The notes below the pieces were generated by a model, which worked only from the letters and a program-made list of their open reading frames with translations, did no database searches and was not told the origin of the DNA. A stretch of 54,845 nucleotides of DNA from an uncultured Candidatus Competibacteraceae bacterium (lineage in GTDB: Bacteria > Bacteroidota > Bacteroidia > CAIKAF01): positions 5,605 through 60,449 of the forward strand of contig CAYYRB010000007.1 in assembly GCA_964473995.1 (NCBI GenBank). The letters run 5' to 3'. The translations under genes and the position numbers were made by a program. Below are positions 29,689 to 39,339 of the stretch, one piece after another; position 1 is the stretch's first letter, and each line of letters opens with the position of its first letter.

Positions 29689-31641
29689 ATGAAAAAAGGA
29701 ATCATCTCTACAGTATTGTTCTGTTGCGCTCTTTGGGCCAATGCCCAAAACCAAAATGCGGTGGTTATGAAAGTGGGTACTGAAACTGTTCCGCTTTCAG
29801 AGTTTGAATTCATTTTCCTTAAAAATCACCCGAAAGACAAAGCGGTTACCCGTGCCGATTTGGATGAGTATCTGGATCTTTTTGTAAACTTTAAACTTAA
29901 GGTTTTGGCGGCTAAACAGGCAGGTATTGATACATCCGCAACGTTACTCAATGAATTTAACGGATACCGCAAGCAGTTGGCCCAATCCTATCTGAAGGAT
30001 AAAGAAACTGAAGAACGCCTTTTATCTGAATTGGCAGATCGCCTGAAAACCGACCTGAACGTAAGCCATATTCTTATCAAGGCAAAGTCTGATTGCATGA
30101 GTCCCGCTGATACGGCCGAACTTTACAAAAAGTCGCTCGATATTCGCAAACGAGTGTTAGGTGGTGAGTCGTTTGAAAAAGTGGCCAATGAAGTTTCGGA
30201 AGACAACTTTTCCAATAAAAACGGAGGTGCATTGGGTTGGTTTACGGCCCTCATGTGGGCTTATCCGTTTGAGTCTGCCGCTTACTACCTGACAAAAGGG
30301 GATGTTTCCATGCCGGTAAAAACAGCGCTGGGCTATCACCTGATTCGGGTAAATGATTCAAGGCCGGCGCGTGGAGACCTTAAGGTGGCTCATATTTTTG
30401 TGGCACCCGCCAGTCAATCACCGGAAGACATGGCAAAAGCCAAAACAAAAGCGGATGAAGCCTATGCGCAACTTCAGGGCGGAACTCCCTGGATGGAGGT
30501 GGTAAACAAATATTCGGAGGACAAAACCACGGTGAGCGCGGGTGGTGAATTGCCCGTATTCGGAATCGGGAAAATGGTTCAGGAATTTGAAGATGCATCC
30601 TATGCCTTGCAAAATATCGGCGATTATTCCGCTCCCGTGGCTACGAAATATGGGTATCATATCATTAAACTGCTCAACAAAATCGATAAGAATCCCAGTA
30701 AAATATCCCGCGAAGATTTGCGCAAACAATTGGTTAAAAGTCCACGCTACAAACTGGTGAGTGAACAATTTGCCGCGAAAGCCAAAAAAGAATTCGGTTT
30801 TACCGAAAACAAAAAAACGCTGGAAAAAATCCGCGCCCTGGAAACGGCATCGAAAACCAAAACCATACGCATGAGCGCCTTGGATTCTCTCACGGACGAC
30901 GTGTTGTTTACGCTGGGAGGTCAAAACTTTACTATTTCCCGCCTTTCAGAATACATGAAAGCCCGCATATCCAAGGGTGGACAAGTGAACTTTTGTAACC
31001 TGGAAGTAAAATACCTGAACCCCTTTATTGATGCAAAAGCGCTTGAAGCAGCCGAGGCGAATCTGGAAAAAAAATATGCCGACTACAAATCACTGGTTCA
31101 GGAATACAGAGAGGGCATCATGATTTTTGAAATGATGAACCGCATGGTATGGAACAAAGCCGTAGAAGATACCGCGGGTCTTACGGCCTATCATGTGCAA
31201 AACAGAAGCAAATACATGTGGAAAGAACGCATCGTAGCCCAACGGATTATAGCCGGCGATTCGGCCGTTTTGGAAAAGGTTCGCAAAGAGGCCGTAAAAG
31301 TTTCCACGGGTAAGAAGAATCTGGAATATCTGAAAAGTAAATTCAACAAGAAAGAGGCCGTCATTGCCATTTCAGAGGTAATCAAAGAACCCGCAGAATT
31401 TACCGATTTGGGGTCGGTAAATGCCGAAAACAAAATAGGACCGGTTTCCAAATCCAAAGAAAATTACTTTTTCTATCTCTATCAGGGAACCAGAGCTCCT
31501 GAACCGAAAGATTTGAAAAGTGCCAAAGGAGCCGTAATCACGGATTATCAAAACTTTCTGGAAACCCAATGGATTAATGAATTGAAACGTACCTACCCGG
31601 TGACCGTTTTCAAAGACGTGATGTACAAGCTCGTTAGATAA
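29689..31641 (+). CDS. Parvulin-type peptidyl-prolyl isomerase (SurA/PpiD-like, 650 aa)
   Basis: Signal peptide plus parvulin-like segments VSHILIK...GGALGWF...GYHLIRV and VAHIFV...GYHIIKL. Confidence 0.8.
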   Translation: MKKGIISTVLFCCALWANAQNQNAVVMKVGTETVPLSEFEFIFLKNHPKDKAVTRADLDEYLDLFVNFKLKVLAAKQAGIDTSATLLNEFNGYRKQLAQSYLKDKETEERLLSELADRLKTDLNVSHILIKAKSDCMSPADTAELYKKSLDIRKRVLGGESFEKVANEVSEDNFSNKNGGALGWFTALMWAYPFESAAYYLTKGDVSMPVKTALGYHLIRVNDSRPARGDLKVAHIFVAPASQSPEDMAKAKTKADEAYAQLQGGTPWMEVVNKYSEDKTTVSAGGELPVFGIGKMVQEFEDASYALQNIGDYSAPVATKYGYHIIKLLNKIDKNPSKISREDLRKQLVKSPRYKLVSEQFAAKAKKEFGFTENKKTLEKIRALETASKTKTIRMSALDSLTDDVLFTLGGQNFTISRLSEYMKARISKGGQVNFCNLEVKYLNPFIDAKALEAAEANLEKKYADYKSLVQEYREGIMIFEMMNRMVWNKAVEDTAGLTAYHVQNRSKYMWKERIVAQRIIAGDSAVLEKVRKEAVKVSTGKKNLEYLKSKFNKKEAVIAISEVIKEPAEFTDLGSVNAENKIGPVSKSKENYFFYLYQGTRAPEPKDLKSAKGAVITDYQNFLETQWINELKRTYPVTVFKDVMYKLVR

Positions 31642-32507
31642 TGATTGTTTTTCTGCGGAACATAGTCCTTGCGGCGTACATATGTCCGCTTCTGATATCC
31701 TGTGGTAGCGGAGGCGGGGAATCCGACAGAAAAATACTGGCTACGGCGGGCAAAAAAAAATTATATGCCGATGAACTGGAAGGGCTCATGCCTAAAGGTC
31801 TCTTGCCTCAGGACAGCGTGCTTTTCGTACGTCGTTATGTTCAAAATTGGGCCGAAGAACAGCTTTTTTTAAATGAAGCCGAATCGGATAAAACCATTGA
31901 TCTGGACGAAATTAATGCCCGGGTGGACGAGTACAGGAAATCCCTGATTTACCACGCACATATTTCGCAGGTGGTAGCGCAGGGTATGGACACCTCCGTT
32001 TCTGATGATGAGTTGAAACAATTTTATGCCCAAAACGGAGCCGCATTTGAACTGAAAGACAATATTCTTCAAGCGGAGTTTGTCGTGCTGCCGGCATCCG
32101 TAAAAAAAAGCGAAAAAGCCAAAAAAGAATTTTTCGGCAAAGAAACCACGGGGCAGGCCGTTGAAAGCCTATGCTTAGATAGAGCTTACCGATGCCAGAT
32201 TAACGATACGACCTGGATTTCCTTTGATGAATTTGCCCGCATTATTCCGATAGATCGAACTCAGAGCCCGGAAGTATTTTTGAGAAACAGAAAATCGTTT
32301 GAAATTAAGGATACCAACCTTGTATATTGGGTAAAAATCCGTGATTACAAAATAAAAGAGACGCTTTCTCCGTTTCAGTTCGTGCGCGATGAGATTCGCC
32401 TGATCCTACTGAACCGAAGAAAAAATGAATTTCTGGCCAAATACCGAAAAGATCTTTTCGACCGCGCTTTGCAAGACAAAAAAATTCAGCTTATTGAACA
32501 TGAATAA
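31641..32507 (+). CDS. Lipoprotein, SurA-N/PpiD-like chaperone-type protein without an obvious parvulin motif
   Basis: Lipobox LLISCGS. The ORF overlaps the upstream stop by 1 nt (TAATG) and the downstream start by 8 nt. The functional call rests on context and is weak. Confidence 0.55.
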   Translation: MIVFLRNIVLAAYICPLLISCGSGGGESDRKILATAGKKKLYADELEGLMPKGLLPQDSVLFVRRYVQNWAEEQLFLNEAESDKTIDLDEINARVDEYRKSLIYHAHISQVVAQGMDTSVSDDELKQFYAQNGAAFELKDNILQAEFVVLPASVKKSEKAKKEFFGKETTGQAVESLCLDRAYRCQINDTTWISFDEFARIIPIDRTQSPEVFLRNRKSFEIKDTNLVYWVKIRDYKIKETLSPFQFVRDEIRLILLNRRKNEFLAKYRKDLFDRALQDKKIQLIEHE

Positions 32508-33852
32508 ATTTATTTTTTTTCTCCCCATTCTTTTTTTCCTGCCACGAACGGGATTCACACAGCAATCCATCGTGGTGAACGAAGTGGTGGCCGTAGTGGG
32601 AAATAAAATAGTGCTGAAGTCAGACATTGAGGAGCGCGTGGCGCAGATGGTCATGCAGGGTGAATCTGCCGATGATGCCAAAACACGCTGCCGGGTTTTG
32701 GAAGATTATCTCTACCAAAAAATGCTGGTTTACCGCGCGGCCATCGACAGCGTGGAAGTAAGTTCAGACCAAGTGGAGAGCGAGCTTGAACGACGGGTAA
32801 GGTATTTTGTGGCACAATTTGAATCACCCGAAAAAATGGAAGAATACCTCGGAAAAACCATTCCCGAAATAAAGAAAGAATTCCGTCAGGCCATTGAGGA
32901 ACAATTGCTGGTGCAGCAAATGCAGGATAAAGTCAGCGGTAACGTAAAGGTAACCCCGGGCGAAGTGAAAGCCTATTATAACCGCATTCCCAAAGATAGC
33001 TTACCCTACATTCCTTCCGAAGTGGAATTTGCCCAACTGTTGATCAAACCAAGTATTTCGGCAGATGAAAAACGAAAAGTGCGCGATAAACTGAATAAAA
33101 TACGGAATGATATTTTACGCGGTGGCAGTTTTACACTCAAGGCAAAGGTAAATTCCCAAGACCGTGCATCCGCCGAACAAGGGGGCGAACTGGGATTTCT
33201 CTCCCGGGAAGATTTGGTGCCCGAATTTTCCGCGGTGGCATTCCGCCTCAAACCGGGTGAAATTTCAGAGGTAGTAGAAACCGAATTTGGATTTCACATC
33301 ATCGAGTTGGTCGAAAAACGGGGTGAACTGGCGAATTTCCGTCATATTCTGTTGAAACCTGAAATAAGTGATGATGCTTTTTTGAGAGCCCAGGAACGCG
33401 TGGACAGTCTTTACTCTGTATTGGGCACATCGGACACACTCACTTTCGAAAAGTTGGCTGAATTACATTCAGATGATGAAGAAACCAAGTTCAACGGAGG
33501 ACGCATGTTCAATTTTCAATCCGGCAGCGGGAAATTTAAAATTGATCAATTGGATCTGTTTACGTTTCGCGAAATCAGCGGATTGAATCCGGGGCAACAT
33601 TCCAAAGTACACCTGTATGATACGCCCACGGGAGGCAAGGCTTTCCGTATTCTAAAATTAATCAGCCGAACCCAGCCACACATTGCCGATTTAAAAACCG
33701 ATTACCAAATTATACAGTCCGCAGCCTTGGCCCAGAAAGAAAAATCGGCCATCTCCAAGTACATAGAACGAATGAAAAAAACGATGTATATCCGCATCAA
33801 TCCCGCATACATGACCTGTGATTTTGAACACAATTGGACAAACGTTAAATAA
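32500..33852 (+). CDS. SurA-like periplasmic chaperone / peptidyl-prolyl isomerase
   Basis: ATG 32500 gives the signal MNKFIFFLPILFFLPRTGFTQQ. Parvulin segment: FAQLLIKP...GGELGFL...FGFHIIEL. Confidence 0.8.
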   Translation: MNKFIFFLPILFFLPRTGFTQQSIVVNEVVAVVGNKIVLKSDIEERVAQMVMQGESADDAKTRCRVLEDYLYQKMLVYRAAIDSVEVSSDQVESELERRVRYFVAQFESPEKMEEYLGKTIPEIKKEFRQAIEEQLLVQQMQDKVSGNVKVTPGEVKAYYNRIPKDSLPYIPSEVEFAQLLIKPSISADEKRKVRDKLNKIRNDILRGGSFTLKAKVNSQDRASAEQGGELGFLSREDLVPEFSAVAFRLKPGEISEVVETEFGFHIIELVEKRGELANFRHILLKPEISDDAFLRAQERVDSLYSVLGTSDTLTFEKLAELHSDDEETKFNGGRMFNFQSGSGKFKIDQLDLFTFREISGLNPGQHSKVHLYDTPTGGKAFRILKLISRTQPHIADLKTDYQIIQSAALAQKEKSAISKYIERMKKTMYIRINPAYMTCDFEHNWTNVK

Positions 33853-33861
33853 TGTATTCCG

Positions 33862-34827
33862 ATGCCAACCTATTCCTCAGATAAAGAAGCCATTGAAGGT
33901 CTCGTACAGGTTTACGGGAACCTGAAAAGTGAAATTGGAAAAATCATCGTAGGCCAGCATGAGGTGATTGATGGAACATTAATTTCCATTTTTACCAACG
34001 GGCATTGCCTGTTGGTGGGCGTTCCCGGACTGGCCAAAACCCTTTTGGTAAATACCATTTCCGATGTATTGGGTCTGTCCTTCAACCGGATTCAATTTAC
34101 CCCTGATTTAATGCCATCAGACATTACAGGATCTGAAATATTGGGAGAGAACCGGGAATTTAAATTTATCAAAGGCCCGCTGTTTGCCAACATCATTTTA
34201 GCGGACGAAATAAACCGGACACCGCCCAAAACCCAATCGGCACTGTTGGAGGCCATGCAGGAAAGAGCAGTGACGGCCTCGGGGCGCCGATTTAAATTGG
34301 ATGAACCATTTTTTGTATTGGCCACCCAGAATCCCATTGAGCAGGAAGGTACCTATCCCCTGCCCGAGGCACAGCTTGACCGGTTTATGTTCAATCTGGT
34401 GCTCGATTATCCCACATTTGAGGAAGAATTGAACGTGGTAAAAAATACCACTACCGACCGAAAAGTGACCGTAAACAAAATACTCGGAGGAGAAGATATT
34501 CTGTTTTTCCAGCAATTGATCCGCCGCATTCCCGTAGCGGATAACGTATATGAATACTGCGTGCGGCTCACATCTAAAACAAGACCGGGAACGGCTGCCG
34601 CAACGAAAGAAGTAAACGATTTCGTTTCCTGGGGTGCCGGTCCGCGTGCATCGCAATACTTAGTTTCCGCAGCAAAAACACACGCCGCGCTCCGCGGTAA
34701 ATTTTCACCTGATATTGAGGATGTGAAGGCCGTGGCATTACCCGTGCTGCGCCACCGCATCGTGCGCAATTACCGTGCAGAGGCCGAGGGCCACACGCTG
34801 GAAAATATCATTGCCGGTTTGCTTTAA
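33862..34827 (+). CDS. MoxR-family AAA+ ATPase
   Basis: Walker A LLVGVPGLAKT, Walker B ILADEINR, and GAGPRAS near the C-terminus. The 321-aa length fits. Confidence 0.9.
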   Translation: MPTYSSDKEAIEGLVQVYGNLKSEIGKIIVGQHEVIDGTLISIFTNGHCLLVGVPGLAKTLLVNTISDVLGLSFNRIQFTPDLMPSDITGSEILGENREFKFIKGPLFANIILADEINRTPPKTQSALLEAMQERAVTASGRRFKLDEPFFVLATQNPIEQEGTYPLPEAQLDRFMFNLVLDYPTFEEELNVVKNTTTDRKVTVNKILGGEDILFFQQLIRRIPVADNVYEYCVRLTSKTRPGTAAATKEVNDFVSWGAGPRASQYLVSAAKTHAALRGKFSPDIEDVKAVALPVLRHRIVRNYRAEAEGHTLENIIAGLL

Positions 34828-34846
34828 GCGAAAAAACTTTTTGCAA

Positions 34847-35647
34847 ATGGAAAAAACGCGTTTCGCCGCCGAGCAAGGCGTTGACATTTCCTACACGCTT
34901 CTGGGCCGGGGAAAGCCGGTCATGTTGATCCACGGGCTGTGCGAAGACCGAAAAATATGGGTAAACCACGGAACTGTTTTAGCTGAAAATCACCTGGTCA
35001 TTATTCCCGATTTGCCCGGTTACGGGGCCTCTGCCCCATTCCCCGATGCTGATTTTTCGCTGGAAAAAATGAGCGATGCGCTTTTTGCTCTCGCCGATCG
35101 GGAAGAAATGAATTCGTTCGCTGTGGTAGGGCACAGCATGGGCGGATATACCGGCCTGGCCATGGCCGAAAAGAATCCGGAGCGAATCAAAGCACTCAGT
35201 CTGTTTCACAGCACGGCGAGAGCCGATTCTGATGAGAAGAAAAAAAACAGGGAACGATCCGTCAACATATTCCGGCAAAATCGAGAACTCTTCTTTCGTG
35301 AATTGTTTAAGAACCTTTTCCACCCCGAACGGCTGACTGAATTTTTTCCTCAAGTCGATCAACTGCTGCAGGACTCAAAAAATATTCATGAAGATACGTT
35401 GAAAGGAACGTTGCTCGCTCTGCGCGACCGAAAAGATCGTTTTGATTTCTTAAAAACCTACACCGGTCATCTTTCCTATTTTATTGGCAGACATGATAAT
35501 GTACTGCCCGCGGAAACACTGACCGAGGAAGCCCGCGTACTCGGAGCCCAAATTCATATCAGTGAGACCTCCGGTCACATGGGATTTTACGAAAGCCCGG
35601 AAGAAACAATCCGGTACCTTTCCCTGTTTTTAGAACAATCGTTCTAA
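34847..35647 (+). CDS. Alpha/beta-fold hydrolase
   Basis: Nucleophile elbow GHSMGG and HGLCED near the N-terminus. I use ATG 34847 (MEKTRFAAEQ...). Confidence 0.8.
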   Translation: MEKTRFAAEQGVDISYTLLGRGKPVMLIHGLCEDRKIWVNHGTVLAENHLVIIPDLPGYGASAPFPDADFSLEKMSDALFALADREEMNSFAVVGHSMGGYTGLAMAEKNPERIKALSLFHSTARADSDEKKKNRERSVNIFRQNRELFFRELFKNLFHPERLTEFFPQVDQLLQDSKNIHEDTLKGTLLALRDRKDRFDFLKTYTGHLSYFIGRHDNVLPAETLTEEARVLGAQIHISETSGHMGFYESPEETIRYLSLFLEQSF

Positions 35648-35664
35648 AGCTTCCTGTTTTTAAA

Positions 35665-36171
35665 TCAAAGGGCAGAGGTAATTTCTGCTGCGAGCGGGGA
35701 AACCGAAGAGCGCCAGCGGCGAACTAAATTTCCCTTTTCATCCACCAAGAATTTTTCAAAATTCCATTTGATGGCTCCCGTAAAATCTTTGTTTTCCTGA
35801 GCGGTAAGCCATTGAAACAAGGGATGCGCATCGTTTCCGTTTACCTGAACCCGCTCGGCCATGATAAACGTAACCTGGTATTTTCCATAACATACTTCCC
35901 CGATTTTTTCAGACTCTTTATGTTCCTGCATGAATTCGTTGGACGGAAAACCGATAATCACCAGTTTTGACCCGTACTTTTTGGAAAGCTGCTCAAATTC
36001 CCCGAGTTGGGGCGTATACCCGCATTTTGAGGCCGAATTGAATATGAGCACTTTTTTGCCTTTAAACTCAGACATGTTTACCGTGCGGCCTTCCAGTGTT
36101 TTAAATGAAAAATCATAGAAACCGCCTTGGATACCCATAATGGATGCGAAAAGAATGGTGAATAAATTCAT
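35665..36171 (-). CDS. Glutathione peroxidase (Cys type)
   Basis: Motifs NSASKCGYTPQ, FPSNEF and WNFEKFLV. Confidence 0.9.
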   Translation of the reverse strand: MNLFTILFASIMGIQGGFYDFSFKTLEGRTVNMSEFKGKKVLIFNSASKCGYTPQLGEFEQLSKKYGSKLVIIGFPSNEFMQEHKESEKIGEVCYGKYQVTFIMAERVQVNGNDAHPLFQWLTAQENKDFTGAIKWNFEKFLVDEKGNLVRRWRSSVSPLAAEITSAL

Positions 36172-36216
36172 ACTATTTTTTAGTAAAACGACAGATGAAA
36201 TACAATTTTGTTTTTG

Positions 36217-36675
36217 TCACTGGGTTTTTAGGGCGTTGCAAGAACAGGAATCCGTCAACAGGGAATTGCTCAGGCGGTAATTGAGTGAAAGCGACTGACC
36301 GTTGATTTTGCCGGAACCCCTGAACGTAACCCCGTTCACCTCTTGCTGTGGAATGGTAATTTCATTCCGCTTAATTTGGGCCGACAGAGGGTAAGACCCA
36401 TTTGTGTCGTAAATGTTCTCGATGATGACCCGGTAATTGGACGTATCAGGCGACCCTATGCGCAACTCGTAAGCATTTTGAGTGCCGCCACAAAATTCAT
36501 TTGCGGAAAAAGAACCCAGAAATTTATAGAGCGTAGCCCCGGGCTCGCAGGCAGAATAAAATTCATCGGCATAAAAATCATCGTTGGGATTATCACAACG
36601 CGATTTACGGCATCCCCATCCAAGAATGGATACGCAAAACAATCCTAAACCGATGGCAGATGCACCGAACTTCAT
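36217..36675 (-). CDS. Hypothetical lipoprotein (152 aa)
   Basis: ATG 36675 gives MKFGASAIGLGLFCVSILGWGCRKS. The protein is Cys-rich and I recognise no motif. Confidence 0.55.
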   Translation of the reverse strand: MKFGASAIGLGLFCVSILGWGCRKSRCDNPNDDFYADEFYSACEPGATLYKFLGSFSANEFCGGTQNAYELRIGSPDTSNYRVIIENIYDTNGSYPLSAQIKRNEITIPQQEVNGVTFRGSGKINGQSLSLNYRLSNSLLTDSCSCNALKTQ

Positions 36676-36697
36676 GCAATACAAAGAAAAGAAAAAA

Positions 36698-38053
36698 TTA
36701 CCGGGCCAGCCAACCGGCAGGATTGAGAATGGCGGTTCCCTTGCGGATTTGAAAATTCATCACGCTCTTGCCGTTATCGGCGGGCTGAATGGTACCCACC
36801 TTTTGCTTGGCATTCACTTTTTGATCACGGCCCACCGAAACCTGTCCCAGATTAGAATAAACCGTGAGATATTCCCCGTGACGCAAGATCACTACGTTGC
36901 CAAAACCTTCCACGGGAAACACCCCGGAAACAACCCCTCCGAAAACAGCACGCGCCTCGGCTCCCGCAGGAGCTGTAATATCAACTCCGTCATTTTTCAC
37001 ACTGATGTTTTTCAATACCGGATGCGGATGCGTTCCAAAATTGCCACTGATTACACCCCTTTCCACCGGCCAGGGAAGTAAACCCTTGTTCCCCTCAAAT
37101 GAATTGGAAAGAGCCCTGGTTTCAGGCGTGACGGACAACACCAGCGGTTTTTCCGGGGCAGCAGGTTTCGTTGGTTCGGCAGGTTTCGTGCCCGACGTTG
37201 ACTTTTTCGCCTCTGCCGTTTTTTTCTTTTCAGCTTCCATACGGGCTTTTTCCTCCGCCCGCCGCCTTTCAGCTTCTATTTCAGCATCAATGATTTTTTT
37301 AATTTTAACCTCAAGGGCTAAGCGCTCACGTTCAGCCTTTTCAATTTTATTGCGTAATTCCTTTTCCCTTCCCTTCAATTTTTTCGCCAATATTTCAGCT
37401 TCTCCTTTTTCCGTTTCCAGCAGTTGTTTTTGACTGGTTTCTGCGGAAAGCAGCGTGTTTTTCTCCTGCTTGGCGGCCTCCAGCTGCCGGGTGGCCGTTG
37501 ACACTTCTTCGCGGACAGCCATGATTTTTTCGGCGCTTACTTTCCGAAACTCAGCCACCTGCCTGAAATAATTCATTCTTCGGTAGGCATTATTTACATT
37601 ATCGGAGGCCAGCAGATAAATCAACTGATCTGTATCTTCCCTGTTTTTATATGCCATAAAAACCATGCGGCCGTAATTCTCCTTCATGGCATTCAGCCGA
37701 TCCTCTAACCTGGAGAGCTCGCTGCGGTTGGCGGTAATTTGCACATCCAAAAAAGAAACTTCTTCCCGATACGCATCAATCAATTGATTTCGCTGCTGAA
37801 TTTTTGTGTTAAGCAACAAGGCCCGTTGCAAGGCAGCTTCTTTACTTTTTTCGGTTTCTTTCAGCAATTTTCCGGTTGAAGAAATATCATTCAACAATTG
37901 CTTCTTCCGATTCTCCAGCCTTGCTTTTTCAGATAGGGTAGTCTTTTTTTTATTCTGGCTTTTCTTTTTATTCTGAGCAAAAAGCAACCCCCCGCCCGAA
38001 ATGCCGGAGAGCATGAAACCCAAAAGGGTGAGAAAAAAACAAAGACGTTTCAC
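36698..38053 (-). CDS. M23-family peptidase with long coiled coil (EnvC-like murein hydrolase activator)
   Basis: N-terminal signal/TM and ~250 aa of K/E/R-rich coiled coil. C-terminal M23 domain: GVDITAPAGAEARAVFGGVV...VILRHGEYLTVYSNL. The start is GTG. Confidence 0.8.
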   Translation of the reverse strand: MKRLCFFLTLLGFMLSGISGGGLLFAQNKKKSQNKKKTTLSEKARLENRKKQLLNDISSTGKLLKETEKSKEAALQRALLLNTKIQQRNQLIDAYREEVSFLDVQITANRSELSRLEDRLNAMKENYGRMVFMAYKNREDTDQLIYLLASDNVNNAYRRMNYFRQVAEFRKVSAEKIMAVREEVSTATRQLEAAKQEKNTLLSAETSQKQLLETEKGEAEILAKKLKGREKELRNKIEKAERERLALEVKIKKIIDAEIEAERRRAEEKARMEAEKKKTAEAKKSTSGTKPAEPTKPAAPEKPLVLSVTPETRALSNSFEGNKGLLPWPVERGVISGNFGTHPHPVLKNISVKNDGVDITAPAGAEARAVFGGVVSGVFPVEGFGNVVILRHGEYLTVYSNLGQVSVGRDQKVNAKQKVGTIQPADNGKSVMNFQIRKGTAILNPAGWLAR

Positions 38054-38121
38054 AAAACAAAAAAACGCAGGATCATGGCCGGTTATTACACAAACAAGAG
38101 ATATCTGTAAACAGGGAGCGG

Positions 38122-39303
38122 TTAATAATCGATACCCGCAGCCTTAGTCAGCACCTTTTCCAGCTCGATACCTGCCGCTTTCCAGGAAAAGAAACGACGC
38201 ACAAATTCCCTTGCTTCGGCGGCAAGTGATTCTGCCTTTTGGGGACTCTCGAGCAACAAAGAAATCTGCCCGGCGAATTCCTGCGGATCCGATGCGGTAA
38301 GCAAAGGGACGGCCTCACCGCCGTTCAAGGCCAAAGCCGCCTGCGGAGTGGTAATTACGGGAATGCCCATGGACATGGCTTCCAAAATTTTATTTTGCAC
38401 ACCGGTGCTGATGAACATTGGGGCCACGAGCATTTTGGCTCCGCGATAATACGGCCTGGTATCCTCTACCCTGCCCGTTACTTCTACCTGTGAAGAAGCT
38501 AATTTCAGAACACGGGGAGATGGATCTGCTCCAACAATGAAAACTTTTGGGAACAGATTAGCCGAGGCTAACCGGGGCAATATGTCATTCACCAAATATT
38601 CTGCGGCATCCACATTGGGAAGGTAGGACATGGCTCCCACAAAAACGATATCGGAAGAAACGGCATCGGAATGGGCCGATTCGTAAAAAGAGAAGTCTAT
38701 CCCATTGCCTACAACCCTGCATTTTTCGGCAGCCTTTTGAGGAAGTAAACCTTTATCTTTTTCCGAAATGATGGTCAAACCCTGAAAACGTTGGCTGCAT
38801 AATACCTCGTATCGCTTCAGCCGTTTAAATTCCTCGCGAAAAACAGGCCGTAGCCAGCGGGTTTCCTTCCGGGCGCGCAGCTTCATATTTTCCGACATCG
38901 CATCCTGAAAATCAAGCACCGCGGGACATCTCACCCAATTTACATATTCGGCACAGCGCACCAGCTGAAGATAGGCCACGTCCGGTTTATTTTTTTCTGA
39001 AAATTCAGAGAGTCGTTTTCCTGCACGACGATCAAAATAATAGGCCGTCTGAAAAGGAAGTTGGGAAAAAATGGAGCGAAACAAACGCCAGAGGATACGT
39101 GGCTTGCTTAGGCGAAACACCTCTATCTGACTGCAAAATGAGGAAACGGCATCCAAATCCTCCTGCGATACATCCTCCTCACACAAAGCAAATAAATAGA
39201 TTTCGTGATTCCGGGCCAGTTCCCTGAGCTGATGGAAAGCCCTCAGCTTATCACCCTTATCAATAGGATAGGGAAAACGGGGAAGTATAGCCAACACCTT
39301 CAC
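38122..39303 (-). CDS. Family 4 (group 1) glycosyltransferase
   Basis: C-terminal GT-B motif STGVQNKILEAMSMGIPVITT and N-terminus KVLAILPRFPYPIDKGDK. Confidence 0.8.
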   Translation of the reverse strand: MKVLAILPRFPYPIDKGDKLRAFHQLRELARNHEIYLFALCEEDVSQEDLDAVSSFCSQIEVFRLSKPRILWRLFRSIFSQLPFQTAYYFDRRAGKRLSEFSEKNKPDVAYLQLVRCAEYVNWVRCPAVLDFQDAMSENMKLRARKETRWLRPVFREEFKRLKRYEVLCSQRFQGLTIISEKDKGLLPQKAAEKCRVVGNGIDFSFYESAHSDAVSSDIVFVGAMSYLPNVDAAEYLVNDILPRLASANLFPKVFIVGADPSPRVLKLASSQVEVTGRVEDTRPYYRGAKMLVAPMFISTGVQNKILEAMSMGIPVITTPQAALALNGGEAVPLLTASDPQEFAGQISLLLESPQKAESLAAEAREFVRRFFSWKAAGIELEKVLTKAAGIDY

Positions 39304-39339
39304 GATACAAAGGTAACAACCCTGGAAAACCGGAATGAT

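Noticed and set aside
35665-36171. Possible selenocysteine recoding in the glutathione peroxidase
   Set aside because: The active-site residue is an ordinary Cys codon (SKCGYT), and there is no in-frame TGA.
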